Assembly: GCA_050618055.1 (NCBI GenBank)
Contig: JBNLVK010000291.1
Location: forward strand, 12,655 to 76,654
Length of the DNA stretch: 64,000 nucleotides
Reading direction: 5' to 3'
DNA from: Myxococcota bacterium
Lineage (GTDB): Bacteria; Myxococcota_A; UBA9160; SMWR01
Shown: positions 22,682 through 32,158 of the stretch, in pieces
Layout of the letters: each line of letters starts with the position of its first letter
Numbering within the stretch: the first letter of the stretch is position 1
Made by a program: the position numbers and the translations under genes
The notes under the pieces: generated by a model
Told to the model about the DNA's origin: nothing
Databases searched by the model: none
Seen by the model: the letters and a program-made list of their open reading frames with translations, nothing else

Positions 22682-23308
22682 CTAGCGCTGGCGGCGGATG
22701 GCGCTGCGCGTGACGAGCAGGCCGATGCCGAAGACCAGGGCGGCGCTCGGCTCGGGGATCGCGGCGACGGCGGAGTCGAAGCGGACGCCCACCTTGTCGA
22801 TCGCGTTGTTCAGGATGTCGTCCAGGCCCTTGATGTCGCCGACGTCCACGTTGCCCACGTTCAGGCTGTAGATGGTGGCCGTGGTGGGCACGCTCGAGAG
22901 CTGGAGGAAGAACGACTCCGACGAGGGGCCGAAGTTGTCGACGAACAGGGCGGCGGCGGTGCCGGTGCCGGGAATGGCCAGGCCGCGCACCACGTTGCTC
23001 GGGTTCAGCAGGCCGCCGACGGTGTCGCCGGAGTCGATGATCGAGGTGCCGTCGAAGACGATGGCCGCGATCGCCGCCGAGGGCATGGCTCCCATGAAGC
23101 CGGTTCCGCCTCCGCCGTGGACCGTGAAGTCGAGGATGTTGTCGGAGGTGTCGCCGCCGTCGAAGGCCAGCGTGAAGTCGTTGCCCTGGCCGAGCACGGT
23201 CGAGAGCGTGACGCTGCCCGGGTTCATGCCGATGGGAGCGGCGCCGGCGGCGCCCGCAAACCCCAGCGCAAGGAGGGTGGTGAAAACAACCAGGATCCGC
23301 TGCTGCAT
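22682..23308 (-). CDS. PEP-CTERM sorting domain-containing secreted protein
   Basis: Signal peptide (AAGA|AP) and C-terminal IPEPS-hydrophobic-RRQR. Confidence 0.88.
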   Translation of the reverse strand: MQQRILVVFTTLLALGFAGAAGAAPIGMNPGSVTLSTVLGQGNDFTLAFDGGDTSDNILDFTVHGGGGTGFMGAMPSAAIAAIVFDGTSIIDSGDTVGGLLNPSNVVRGLAIPGTGTAAALFVDNFGPSSESFFLQLSSVPTTATIYSLNVGNVDVGDIKGLDDILNNAIDKVGVRFDSAVAAIPEPSAALVFGIGLLVTRSAIRRQR

Positions 23309-23496
23309 GAACTACTCCCCTGAACTCGGTGATCGCATCTTATCAGTGCCGCTCGGGACGGTACAGGTGTCTGTTACGTTTCTCCCTCGGGGGGCGAGGC
23401 CCCGATCGCCTGCTGGAACTCCGGGCACCTGGCCCGATACCTGCTCGGAAGGTGCGGCTCCGGTCGTCTGGGAAAACATTCCCAGGAGCTTCCGGA

Positions 23497-24939
23497 TCAG
23501 CGGAAGCCGCGCTCCAGGGCGTCGAGCAGCAGGCCCTCGCGCAGTCCCCAGTCGCAGACCGTGAAGGCGTCCAGGCCCAGGGTGTCCGCCAGCGTGGTCA
23601 GCACGATCGCACCGGTCGCGACCAGGTCGGCGCGGCGCTTGCGCATGCCGCGCATGGCCAGGCGCTCTTCGTGGGAGGAGGCGATCAGCAGCTCCTCCAG
23701 CTCGCGCAGCTCGCCGAGCGGCAGGTGCGGGGCCGGCTCCGCCGATCGCTCGCGGCGCGCGCGCCGCTCCTGCGCGACCCGGGCCAGCGCGCGAACGGTC
23801 CCGCCGGCGGCGACGGCGCGCACCGGATCGTGGCCGCGCAGCGTCTTCCGGTGCCGCGCCAGCTTCTTCTGCACGTGCTCCCGGACGGCGTCCGCCTCCT
23901 CCCGCGTCATCGGATCGTGGTGGACGTGGGCCGCGTGCAGCCGCACGGCGCCCAGCGGGAGGCTCGCCTCGAAGTCGATGGCGCGGCCGCTGCCGACGGC
24001 CAGCTCGAGGCTTCCGCCGCCCAGGTCGAGGCCCAGCACCGGCGCGTCGGACAGGTTCAGCCGGCGGCGGAAGGCGCGGAAGATGAGCCGGGCCTCCTCC
24101 TTGCCGGAGAGGATGCGGATCGGCTCGCCGAGGGCCTTGCCCAGGCTGTCGGCGATCTTGCGGCCGTTTCCGGCCTCGCGCAGCGCCGCCGTCGCCACCG
24201 GCAGCAGGTGCTCCACCTTCTCGCGCAGCGCCAGGTCGGACAGCTCCCGCGCGGTCTCCACCGCGATCCTGGCCACGTCCTTCGGAATGCGACCGCCGTT
24301 GGCGATCACCGCGCCGAGCCGCAGCATCATCTTCTCGCGGATCACCGGCGTGATCGCGCCGTCGCGGCGCACGTCGGCGATCAGCAGGTTGAACGACGTG
24401 CTGCCCAGGTCGAGGGCGGCGGCGCGCACCGTGTGCCGGTCGTCCGGCTTCTCTTCGCCGCGCGGCTTGCGTCGGCCGCCGGGCTCGACGTACTGGGCGC
24501 GGGTCGGCGTGTAGCCGCGCCCCTCGATGACCCAGTAGGCGCCCTTGCGGCAGCAGGTGACGCCCTCGGTGCCGGGCGCGCGCAGCTCGAGCACCGCGAG
24601 CAGCGCCTCGATCACGTCGGCGTGGGTGCTGAAGGCGACCGGACCCTCGTCGACGGTGGGCAGCAGCTCGAGCACGCGCGCCGCCGACTCGCCCTGGGCC
24701 AGCCGTTCGTCGACCTCCAGCGGGATCGCGTGGCGGACCGCCAGCGGCTCGAGGGTCTGCTGGCAACGCAGCGCGGGCGCCGAGAGCAGGCGCGTCGGCG
24801 GATCGTCGGCCAGCGCGTCCGCCAGCCGCAGCGACTCCTCGACGCCGCGGTCCGACAGCGGCCGCAGCTCGTCGTGACCGGACCAGTCCGATCGCGGAAC
24901 CGCTCGACCGTGGCGCACCAGGTACAGCTTCAACAGCAC
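23497..24939 (-). CDS. ppx: Histidine phosphatase (SixA/MutT1-C-like) fused to Ppx/GppA exopolyphosphatase domain
   Basis: N-term LYLVRHG..RPLS..G, RC.QT; C-term DLGSTS, ATAALREA.N, EEARL, DLGGGSLE, GLREG. Confidence 0.8.
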   Translation of the reverse strand: MLLKLYLVRHGRAVPRSDWSGHDELRPLSDRGVEESLRLADALADDPPTRLLSAPALRCQQTLEPLAVRHAIPLEVDERLAQGESAARVLELLPTVDEGPVAFSTHADVIEALLAVLELRAPGTEGVTCCRKGAYWVIEGRGYTPTRAQYVEPGGRRKPRGEEKPDDRHTVRAAALDLGSTSFNLLIADVRRDGAITPVIREKMMLRLGAVIANGGRIPKDVARIAVETARELSDLALREKVEHLLPVATAALREAGNGRKIADSLGKALGEPIRILSGKEEARLIFRAFRRRLNLSDAPVLGLDLGGGSLELAVGSGRAIDFEASLPLGAVRLHAAHVHHDPMTREEADAVREHVQKKLARHRKTLRGHDPVRAVAAGGTVRALARVAQERRARRERSAEPAPHLPLGELRELEELLIASSHEERLAMRGMRKRRADLVATGAIVLTTLADTLGLDAFTVCDWGLREGLLLDALERGFR

Positions 24940-25051
24940 TCTCCCCCGCGCGCGACGTTCCTTCGCGACGCAGCGAAGTCGACGAGACGATGCCTTGTTG
25001 GGGAGGATCGCGACGGGAGGTGTCGCGGTGGGAAACGTATCACAGGCGCGC

Positions 25052-27151
25052 TCAGTCCGATCGGCTTCTCGCCACGGCGCGCTTCTGGAGCTCGACCTGG
25101 CAGTCGAGTCCGGCGGTCACCGGAACCTTCCGCCACGCGTGGTCCTCGAGCTCCCAGGCCAGTGCGTCGTCGGCCAGCAGCAGGTCGAAGATCTCCTCGA
25201 GCCGGGCCTTCAGCTCCGGCGCCTCGACCGGCGTCACCACCTCGACGCGCCGGTCCAGGTTGCGCGGCATCAGGTCGGCCGATCCCAGGAAGTAGCGGCG
25301 CCCGCGCTTGGCGCTGCCGAAGCGGAACAGGCGCGAGTGCTCCAGGTAGCGCCCCACGACCGAGCGCACGCGGATGTTCTCCGACAGCCCCGGCACGCCC
25401 GCCCGCAGGCAGCAGATGCTGCGCACGATCAGGTCGATCTTCACGCCGGCGGACGAGGCCTCGTAGAGCGCGTCGATCAGCGCCGGGTCCGACAGGTTGT
25501 TCACCTTGATGACGATGCGGCCGTCGCGCACCGCCATCTCCTGGCGGATCAGCTCGATCAGGCCGCTGCGCAGCGAGTCCGGGGCGCGCAGGATGCGGCG
25601 GAACTTGGGCTCCAGGCTGTAGCCGGTGAGCTGGTTGAACAGCTCGGTCAGGTCGGCCGCCAGGTCCGGATCGGCGGAGAGGATGCCAACGTCCTCGTAC
25701 AGGCGCGCGGTCACCGGGTGGTAGTTGCCCGTGCCGACGTGGCAGTAGCCGCGGATCTGGTCGTCCTCGCGGCGCACCACCAGCATGACCTTGCCGTGGG
25801 TCTTCAGGCCCACCAGCCCGTACACGACGTGCACGCCCGCCTGCTCGAGGGTGCGCGCCCACTCGATGTTCGCCTCCTCGTCGAAGCGCGCCTGCAGCTC
25901 CACCAGCGTCACCACCTGCTTGCCGTTCTGGGCGGCGCGCATCAGCGTGCGTCCGATCGGGTTCTCGGCGCCCGACGAGGTCCGGTACAGCGTGTGCTTG
26001 ATGGCGAGCACGTCCGGGTCGGCGGCGGCGTGGGCCAGGAAGGCCTCGACCGAGCTGTCGAAGGAGTCGTAGGGGTGGTGCACCAGCACGTCGCCCTGCC
26101 GCAGCCGCTCGAACACGTCGAAGGGCTCCTCGCCCGGCGCGGAGAGCGTGGCCACCGGACGCGACGCCCAGCTCTCGGCCTTCAGGTCCGGCCGCTCCAC
26201 GCGGTACAGCTCCCACAGCGAGCCCAGGTCGAGCAGGGTGTGGCGGACGTAGAAGTCGTTCTCGTCGAGCTCCAGCTCCTCGAGCAGCAGGTCGCGCACC
26301 TCGGCCGACATCGACTTGTCCGCCTCGACCCGGACCGCGTCGGACAGGCGGCGTCGCCGCTTCACGCCCGACTCGACCGCCAGCAGCAGGTTCTCGGCGT
26401 CGTCGCTCTCGATGTCCAGGTCCGCGTCGCGGGTCACCCGGAACGGGCAGTGCGACACGATCTCCATGCCGGGGAACAGCTGGTCCAGGTGGGCGGCGAT
26501 CAGCTGCTCGATGGGCACGATCTGGTCGCCGTCGGGCAGCGGGATGAAGCGTCCCAGCAGCGGCGGCACCTTGATGCGCGCGAAGCGCACCGTCCCCGTC
26601 TTCGGGTTGCGCACCAGCGCCGCCAGGTTGAACGAGAGGTTCGACACGTAGGGGAACGGGTGGGCCGGATCCACCGCCAGCGGCGTCAGCACCGGGAAGA
26701 TCCGCTTGTCGAAGAAGGCGGCCAGGTGCTTTCGATCGCGCTTGCCGATGCGCTCCCAGTCGCAGATCTCCAGTCCGGCGGCCGCCAGCGCCGGCCGCAG
26801 CTCCTTCTTGAAGATCTGCTGCTCGACCTCCGCGAGCTCGACCACCCGCTCGCGGATCGCGTCGAGCTGCTGCTCGGGCGTCATGCCGTCGGCGGGCGTC
26901 GCGGTCACCCCCGACTCCAGCTCGGCCTGGAGCAGCGCCACCCGCACCTGGAAGAACTCGTCCAGGTTCTGGCTGAAGATCGCCAGGAACTTCACCCGCT
27001 CGAGCAGGGGCAGGGCCGGGTCCTCGGCCATGGCCAGCACGCGCCGGTCGAACTCGAGCCAGGAGAGCTCGCGGTTCAGGTAGCGGCTCGATCGGACCTC
27101 GGGGGAGTAGGAGGTCACGGGGGTCGACATGCGATGCACCAGTCTATCCAT
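25052..27151 (-). CDS. ppk1: Polyphosphate kinase 1
   Basis: NRELSWL.F, HPFP, HHPYDSF, ARFDEE.NI, GTGNY, GRYLEHSR, SADLMPRNLDRRVE; alternative start 27130. Confidence 0.96.
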   Translation of the reverse strand: MDRLVHRMSTPVTSYSPEVRSSRYLNRELSWLEFDRRVLAMAEDPALPLLERVKFLAIFSQNLDEFFQVRVALLQAELESGVTATPADGMTPEQQLDAIRERVVELAEVEQQIFKKELRPALAAAGLEICDWERIGKRDRKHLAAFFDKRIFPVLTPLAVDPAHPFPYVSNLSFNLAALVRNPKTGTVRFARIKVPPLLGRFIPLPDGDQIVPIEQLIAAHLDQLFPGMEIVSHCPFRVTRDADLDIESDDAENLLLAVESGVKRRRRLSDAVRVEADKSMSAEVRDLLLEELELDENDFYVRHTLLDLGSLWELYRVERPDLKAESWASRPVATLSAPGEEPFDVFERLRQGDVLVHHPYDSFDSSVEAFLAHAAADPDVLAIKHTLYRTSSGAENPIGRTLMRAAQNGKQVVTLVELQARFDEEANIEWARTLEQAGVHVVYGLVGLKTHGKVMLVVRREDDQIRGYCHVGTGNYHPVTARLYEDVGILSADPDLAADLTELFNQLTGYSLEPKFRRILRAPDSLRSGLIELIRQEMAVRDGRIVIKVNNLSDPALIDALYEASSAGVKIDLIVRSICCLRAGVPGLSENIRVRSVVGRYLEHSRLFRFGSAKRGRRYFLGSADLMPRNLDRRVEVVTPVEAPELKARLEEIFDLLLADDALAWELEDHAWRKVPVTAGLDCQVELQKRAVARSRSD

Positions 27152-27229
27152 GCGGCTCCCGGACGACGGAGAAGCTGTCCCGAAAGCAGCGTGACGATTC
27201 CATGAAACGTCTGCACCCCCCAGCCGGAC

Positions 27230-28834
27230 TCAAGGGGCGGAGTGCCGCTTCTTCCAGAACGCGCGCCGCTTCCGGACCGTCCGCCAGCGACGGGCCAGGC
27301 GCTCGAGCTCGCTGTCGGCGCCCCGCGAGATCCAGCCCTCGACGAAGCCGGCCGCGCGCAGCATGTCCGGCGTGGCCTCCGCTCCCAGGCGCTCGAGGAT
27401 CCGGCCCAGCATGGCGTGGGCCGCGGCGGCGTCGTTCAGGTGGCCGAGCGTGTCCTGGAGCCGGGTCACGCCGCGCACGAAGCGTCGCGACCTCGTGCCC
27501 GGGAACAGCGAGCGCAGGAACTCGGAGGCGAAGCGCAGCTTCTTCGCCTCGATGCGCACCGCGTGCAGCTCGGGGACGCTGCGCTCGGGCAGTCCGCGAC
27601 CGCGGCGCAGCAGCTTGCGGTGGCGTCGCGACAGCAGATCGCGGCCCACGTCCACCGCCGGCTGGAACAGCCGCGCGCTGTCGGGCGTGGTCGGCTGCTG
27701 GCGCCACTCGCGTCCCTCGAGCCAGCCGCCGAGCCGCAGCACCAGCGCCGCGTAGCGCAGTGAGTCCAGGCAGCCGCGCACGCGGTCGTAGGCCTCGGCG
27801 CGCATCTGGGCCGCCTCGTCGTCGATGCGCTTGAGCTGCGCGTCGTCGGGGAAGCGGCGGCGCAGCAGGGCCAGGCTCTCGTCGCAGAAGACGTCCAGGT
27901 CGCGGGCGACGCCCAGCTCGTCGGCCAGCCAGCGCAGGTCCTCGCGCAGCGGGCCCGCCTGCGACGCGGGCAGCACGCCGCGGAAGACGCTCAGCGCCTA
28001 GCGCAGCCGGCGCACGCCGACGCGCATCTGGTGCACGCCCTCCGGATCGACCCCTCGCCGCGCCGGCTCCTCGTTGGCCAGGATCTGCTCGAAGGAGGCC
28101 CGGAACGCCGCCTCCATGGCCGTTTCCAGCGTCGCGCCCTCGGGCAGCCGGGGCCGCCGGGCGCGCACCGGCGCCGGGTGGGCCCCGGTGAGACGCTCGA
28201 TGCCGCGCTCGAACTTGCTGCGCGTCGAGACGCGCAGGCGCACCGACTGCTGGAGCTCGGCCGCGAGCTGGTAGATGCGGTACGGATCGCCGTGCACCAG
28301 CTCGAGCTCCAGCTCGCAGATGGGCAGGTTGCCCCGCGGCGTGCGGATCTCGCCCACGTCCAGGTCGAAGAGCAGCTCGGTGTCCTCGATCCGCAGCCGC
28401 CGCTCGGTGCGCTGGAAGTCGGTCTCGAGCACCGGGCCGAAGCCCGGCGCGGCGACGGCCTGGGCGACCAGCAGGCGCAGGTCCGACTCGGGGATCTTCG
28501 ACGCGTCGGGCGCGGCCGACGGAACGCCCGCCTCGATCTCGGTGCGCTCGAGCAGTCCGCCGCCGCCGGCGGCCGGCAGCTTGACCGTCTGCACGAAGCG
28601 CCTTCCGACCCGTCGCACGCGCAGGGTCACGCCGCGCTGCATGAGGTCGAAGCCGGGCGTGTCGAAGTAGACGCTGTACAGGCGACGCGTGCGCGCCGGC
28701 GTCACCGCGCAGCTCGACACACGTCGGTGTCGGCGGAGCTGGGTCAGGTCCGCGGGCTCGGCGAGCAGCTTCAGCTCGACCTCGCGCGGGGGATCGGGGG
28801 GCGCCGTGGACGCCTGGGGAGGATCGACGCTCAC
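27230..28834 (-). pseudogene. CYTH + CHAD domain protein interrupted by one in-frame TAG (27998-28000)
   Basis: EVELK, YFDT, ELELEL (CYTH); HQMRVGVRRLR*ALSVF continues in frame into RDLDVF, LH.VRIEAKKLR, LQDTLGHLND (CHAD). Confidence 0.8.
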
Positions 28835-28866
28835 CCTCCGAGTCTAGCCGACGGGGCGTGGGCGTC

Positions 28867-29388
28867 TCAGCGCGCCGCCAGCTCCTTCGGGGTCACGAAG
28901 CGCACGAGCCGGCCCGAGCCGGGTCCGACGTCGCGCCAGCGCTCGGCGGGGAAGCGCAGGTGGACGAGTCCGGCCGTCGGGAGCTTGTGCCGCAGCCGGT
29001 CGTAGGCGTCGCGATCGCCCTCGCCGGCGAGGTCCAGGGCGAAGGCCTGGAGGCCCGGGTTGTGCCCCACCATCAGCACCGCGTCGAGCGCGTCGTCGAG
29101 CCCGGCCAGGGCCTCGAACAGCTGCGACGTCGACGCCAGGTAGAGGTCGTTCTCGATGCGCAGCGGCGGCGTGGGCGTGAGGTGTGCCAGGACGCGCTCG
29201 AGGGTGTCGACGGCGCGCCGCGCCGACGAGCAGAGCGCCAGCCGCGGCGGCGGCGAGCCCCGCCCCAGCTCCGGGCCGACGGCGGCACAGGCGCGCTCCC
29301 CGCGCGGCGCCAGCGGGCGGTCGTGATCGTCCTGGCGGTCGTCGCCCCAGTCGCTCTTCGCGTGGCGCAGCAGGTAGAGGTCGCGCAT
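28867..29388 (-). CDS. sixA: SixA-type phosphohistidine phosphatase
   Basis: LYLLRHAKSDW, DHDRPL..RG, SSA.RA..T, VGHNPG. Confidence 0.88.
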   Translation of the reverse strand: MRDLYLLRHAKSDWGDDRQDDHDRPLAPRGERACAAVGPELGRGSPPPRLALCSSARRAVDTLERVLAHLTPTPPLRIENDLYLASTSQLFEALAGLDDALDAVLMVGHNPGLQAFALDLAGEGDRDAYDRLRHKLPTAGLVHLRFPAERWRDVGPGSGRLVRFVTPKELAAR

Positions 29389-29430
29389 CCCGGGATGATA
29401 CGGATGCGCGACCCTCCTGCGTCGCGGCGG

Positions 29431-29853
29431 CTAGCAGCAGCGCCCGAGCGACTGGGCCGGGGCCGGCGGCTCCGGCGCGGGCTCGCCGAAGGTCTCCGAG
29501 TCGCCGCGGAACTGGTAGAACTCCCACATCAGGCCCTGCGGGTCGTGGGCGTAGACGGTCGTCTTCTTCGCGTAGCAGCAGGTCTCGTCCTCGATCACCT
29601 GGCTGGCCAGCCCCTGGGGCTCGAGGCGCTCGGCCGAGGCGGCCACCTCGGCCGCGTCCATCTCGAAGCCCACGTGGTTCAGGCGCTCCGGGGCGTCCGG
29701 CGCCTCGAACAGCACCAGCTTGATCGGCGGATCCTCCACCGCGAAGTTGGCGTAGCCGGGCTTGCGCTTGTTGACCGGGGCTCCCAGGAGCCGGCTGTAG
29801 TAGTCGATGGCCTCGTCGAGGTCGCGGACGTTGAGGGCGAGCTGGAACCGCAT
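29431..29853 (-). CDS. arsI: ArsI/CadI family VOC metalloenzyme
   Basis: QLALNV.DL, K..PGYANF, LNHVG, TCCYA, WEFY, C-terminal CC. Confidence 0.85.
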   Translation of the reverse strand: MRFQLALNVRDLDEAIDYYSRLLGAPVNKRKPGYANFAVEDPPIKLVLFEAPDAPERLNHVGFEMDAAEVAASAERLEPQGLASQVIEDETCCYAKKTTVYAHDPQGLMWEFYQFRGDSETFGEPAPEPPAPAQSLGRCC

Positions 29854-29894
29854 GGTGTACTCCTGTCGTTCGGGGTTCGGGGTTTAGGGGGTGA

Positions 29895-30203
29895 TCAGTC
29901 CAGGGGCGGGCCGCAGTCCGCGCCCTGGCAGCAGTTCTCCGTGAGGAAGCCGAGCAGTGCGTTCATGGCCTGGAAGTCGGCCCGGTAGATCAGCGAGCGG
30001 CCCTCGCGGCGGCAGCGCACGACCCCGGCGTTCTTCAGCTCCTTCAGGTGGAAGGACAGCGTGGCGGCCGGAACGCCCAGCTCGCCGGACAGGGCGCCGG
30101 CGGGCAGCCCCTCGCCACCGGCCTGCACGAGCAGGCGGAACACGTCGAGCCGGGTCTCGTGGGCGAGCGCGGCCAGGGCGGAGATCGCATCCTGTTTTTC
30201 CAT
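29895..30203 (-). CDS. arsR: ArsR family metalloregulator
   Basis: ALAHETRL.VFRLL, TLSFHLKEL, REGRS..Y, ENCCQG..C. Confidence 0.9.
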   Translation of the reverse strand: MEKQDAISALAALAHETRLDVFRLLVQAGGEGLPAGALSGELGVPAATLSFHLKELKNAGVVRCRREGRSLIYRADFQAMNALLGFLTENCCQGADCGPPLD

Positions 30204-30210
30204 GATTTGA

Positions 30211-30238
30211 ATACTATGGAAGAATCGAAGTATGTCAA
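30211..30238 (-). promoter_or_regulatory. arsR promoter TTGACA-N16-TAGTAT (likely leaderless)
   Basis: Perfect -35; -10 lies 7 nt before ATG; ATACT...AGTAT imperfect inverted repeat. Confidence 0.65.
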
Positions 30239-31286
30239 CCCCGGGCGGGGCGGGTGGCTGCTCGCGCTGGGGCTGCTCGTCCTGCTGGCGGCTGCCGCTC
30301 CGGCTCCCGCCCGGGCCCAGGGCGGCCCCCCGCCCGACAATCCGTCCGGGCAGGAGGACGGGTTCCGGGTCGACGACGCCACCCACCTGGAGACCCTCGA
30401 CTTCCCCAGCACGCAGCGCCTGCGGGACGCGCTGCGCTTCCAGCTGGACTCGCGCTTCATTCCCGACGCCGGGCTCGGGTCGGGCCACGCCACCGAGTAC
30501 CAGCCCGACCTGCGCGGCCGCTTCACCCTGCCGCTCGACGACCGGGCGGTGCTGCGCATCTCGGGTCGCGCCGGCATGACCCACTACTCGTTCCGCGGCA
30601 ACCCGGACCCCTTCTTCCGCGAGAACCTCGACCTCTACCGCACCCGCCTGGCCGTCCAGGGCGCGTACCTGCTGAACCCGGACGGCTGGAACCTGTGGCG
30701 CGAAGGCGAGCGCTGGTCGCTGCTGGGTGCGGTGCAGGGCTCGTCCGACTTCCAGAGCGGCGAGTTCGACGAGGGGCTCTCGGTGCTGGGGGCGCTGTCG
30801 ATCGGCTACGAGATCCCGGACCGGCTGCGCGTCGCGCTGGGAGTCTCCCTCTCGACCTCGCCCCAGGAAGGCGGCGTCGACCCGTCGCCGGCCGTCTTCG
30901 TGCGCTGGAACGTGACCGATCGGCTCACGCTGCGCTCGCGCGGTCTGGGCGCCCAGGCCGAGTACCGGCTGAGCCCGAAGCTCGAGCTCTTCGTCACGGC
31001 CACGCGCGCGACCGACAGCTACGCGCTGAAGCCCCGCGACTCGACCTTCCTGGCCTTCGCCACGTCGCCGCCGCCCCGCTTCGACGACCTCTCCCTGCGC
31101 GACCGCAAGCTGCTGACCGGCGTGGGCTTCGAGTACAAGCTCTCGCGGGCGCTGCGCATCAACACCGAGGTGGGCGCCGTGGCCTGGCGCCACGTGCGCG
31201 TGAGCTCCGACGACTTCGGCACGGTGGTCTCGCGCAGCGGCGATCCGGCGGCGTACCTGGAGGTGCGCTTCGAGGTGCGCCCCTGA
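30216..31286 (+). CDS. Probable outer-membrane beta-barrel protein (DUF6268-like)
   Basis: Signal peptide (APARA|Q), alternating amphipathic beta strands, ends YLEVRFEVRP; start uncertain. Confidence 0.6.
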   Translation: MEESKYVNPGRGGWLLALGLLVLLAAAAPAPARAQGGPPPDNPSGQEDGFRVDDATHLETLDFPSTQRLRDALRFQLDSRFIPDAGLGSGHATEYQPDLRGRFTLPLDDRAVLRISGRAGMTHYSFRGNPDPFFRENLDLYRTRLAVQGAYLLNPDGWNLWREGERWSLLGAVQGSSDFQSGEFDEGLSVLGALSIGYEIPDRLRVALGVSLSTSPQEGGVDPSPAVFVRWNVTDRLTLRSRGLGAQAEYRLSPKLELFVTATRATDSYALKPRDSTFLAFATSPPPRFDDLSLRDRKLLTGVGFEYKLSRALRINTEVGAVAWRHVRVSSDDFGTVVSRSGDPAAYLEVRFEVRP

Positions 31287-31298
31287 AGGGCCGGTGCG

Positions 31299-32114
31299 CT
31301 AGCCGTCGACCCAGCCGTCGTCGTCTTCGTAGCCCAGCGCCACCAGCGCGTGACCCGCCTCGCCGGCGAAGAAGGCGCGATCCTCGGCGCTGAAGCTCTC
31401 GCGCCAGGGCACCGGCCGCGCCCCGCGCCGGTCGCCCAGCACGGTCGTCACCTCGGGGCGACGCGCGAGCCGCAGCCAGCGCGCCTCCCACACGCTCGAC
31501 AGACGCCGCGGCAGCAGCGGCTCGCGCAGCAGCGGCTCGAGCGCGAGCTCCCGCGCCAGCCGCGCCACCGTGCCCCGCGGATCGCCCACGATCTCGTGGT
31601 AGGCCAGCGTGCGCACGCCCGGCGTGTCGCGCCAGCGCAGCACGTGGTGGGCCCAGAAGGCCGGCCGGCTCATGCCCTCGTGCTTCTGGCGCAGGAACTC
31701 GGAGACGGGGACGCGCGCCGCCGGGTCGAAGGCGCGCTGGTAGAGGTGGAGCGACGCGAGCACGTCGCGACCGTCGCGGTGGACGTTGTAGACGTCGGCG
31801 TCCGCCAGCAGCTCGCGCACGAACTCCGCGTGGTCGGGCTGCCAGGGCGCGAAGTCGGGCAGGGCGTGGGTCTTCACGATCGGACGCGGCGCGCGCCCGA
31901 GCAGCGCCAGCGCCCGCTCCTGCGAGATCGGGCGCCGCGCGTCGACCAGCCGCTCCAGGTTGAGATACAGCTCGGCCAGCGACTCGCCCACCCGCTTGGT
32001 CGACGCGCAGTCGGCGAACTGGCGCCGCAGCAGGTCGAGGGTCAGGTGGGTGCCCGAGCGGCGATGGGTCGCCAGCACGATGCGCCGTCCAATCGCCGAG
32101 AAGCGGTCCGCCAC
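31299..32114 (-). CDS. Sulfotransferase domain protein
   Basis: HRRSGTH PAPS-binding loop, KTH, RDGRDV..S, W..HV..W, Y.E. Confidence 0.8.
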   Translation of the reverse strand: MADRFSAIGRRIVLATHRRSGTHLTLDLLRRQFADCASTKRVGESLAELYLNLERLVDARRPISQERALALLGRAPRPIVKTHALPDFAPWQPDHAEFVRELLADADVYNVHRDGRDVLASLHLYQRAFDPAARVPVSEFLRQKHEGMSRPAFWAHHVLRWRDTPGVRTLAYHEIVGDPRGTVARLARELALEPLLREPLLPRRLSSVWEARWLRLARRPEVTTVLGDRRGARPVPWRESFSAEDRAFFAGEAGHALVALGYEDDDGWVDG

Positions 32115-32158
32115 GTCTCCCCCCACCCGGAGTGTATCGGCAGGCGGCGCGCGCTTCC

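Noticed and set aside
23309..23496. Sigma54 promoter/enhancer for the PEP-CTERM gene; palindrome CTGGGAA-AACA-TTCCCAG (23468-23485)
   Set aside because: GGCAC...TGC spacing is GG-N12-GC, not N10. The palindrome could be only a terminator for ppx, so support is insufficient.
27998..28000. Genome-wide amber recoding or pyrrolysine
   Set aside because: Many neighbouring genes terminate at TAG at the expected length; no pyl genes seen; the position is Ser in the CHAD consensus
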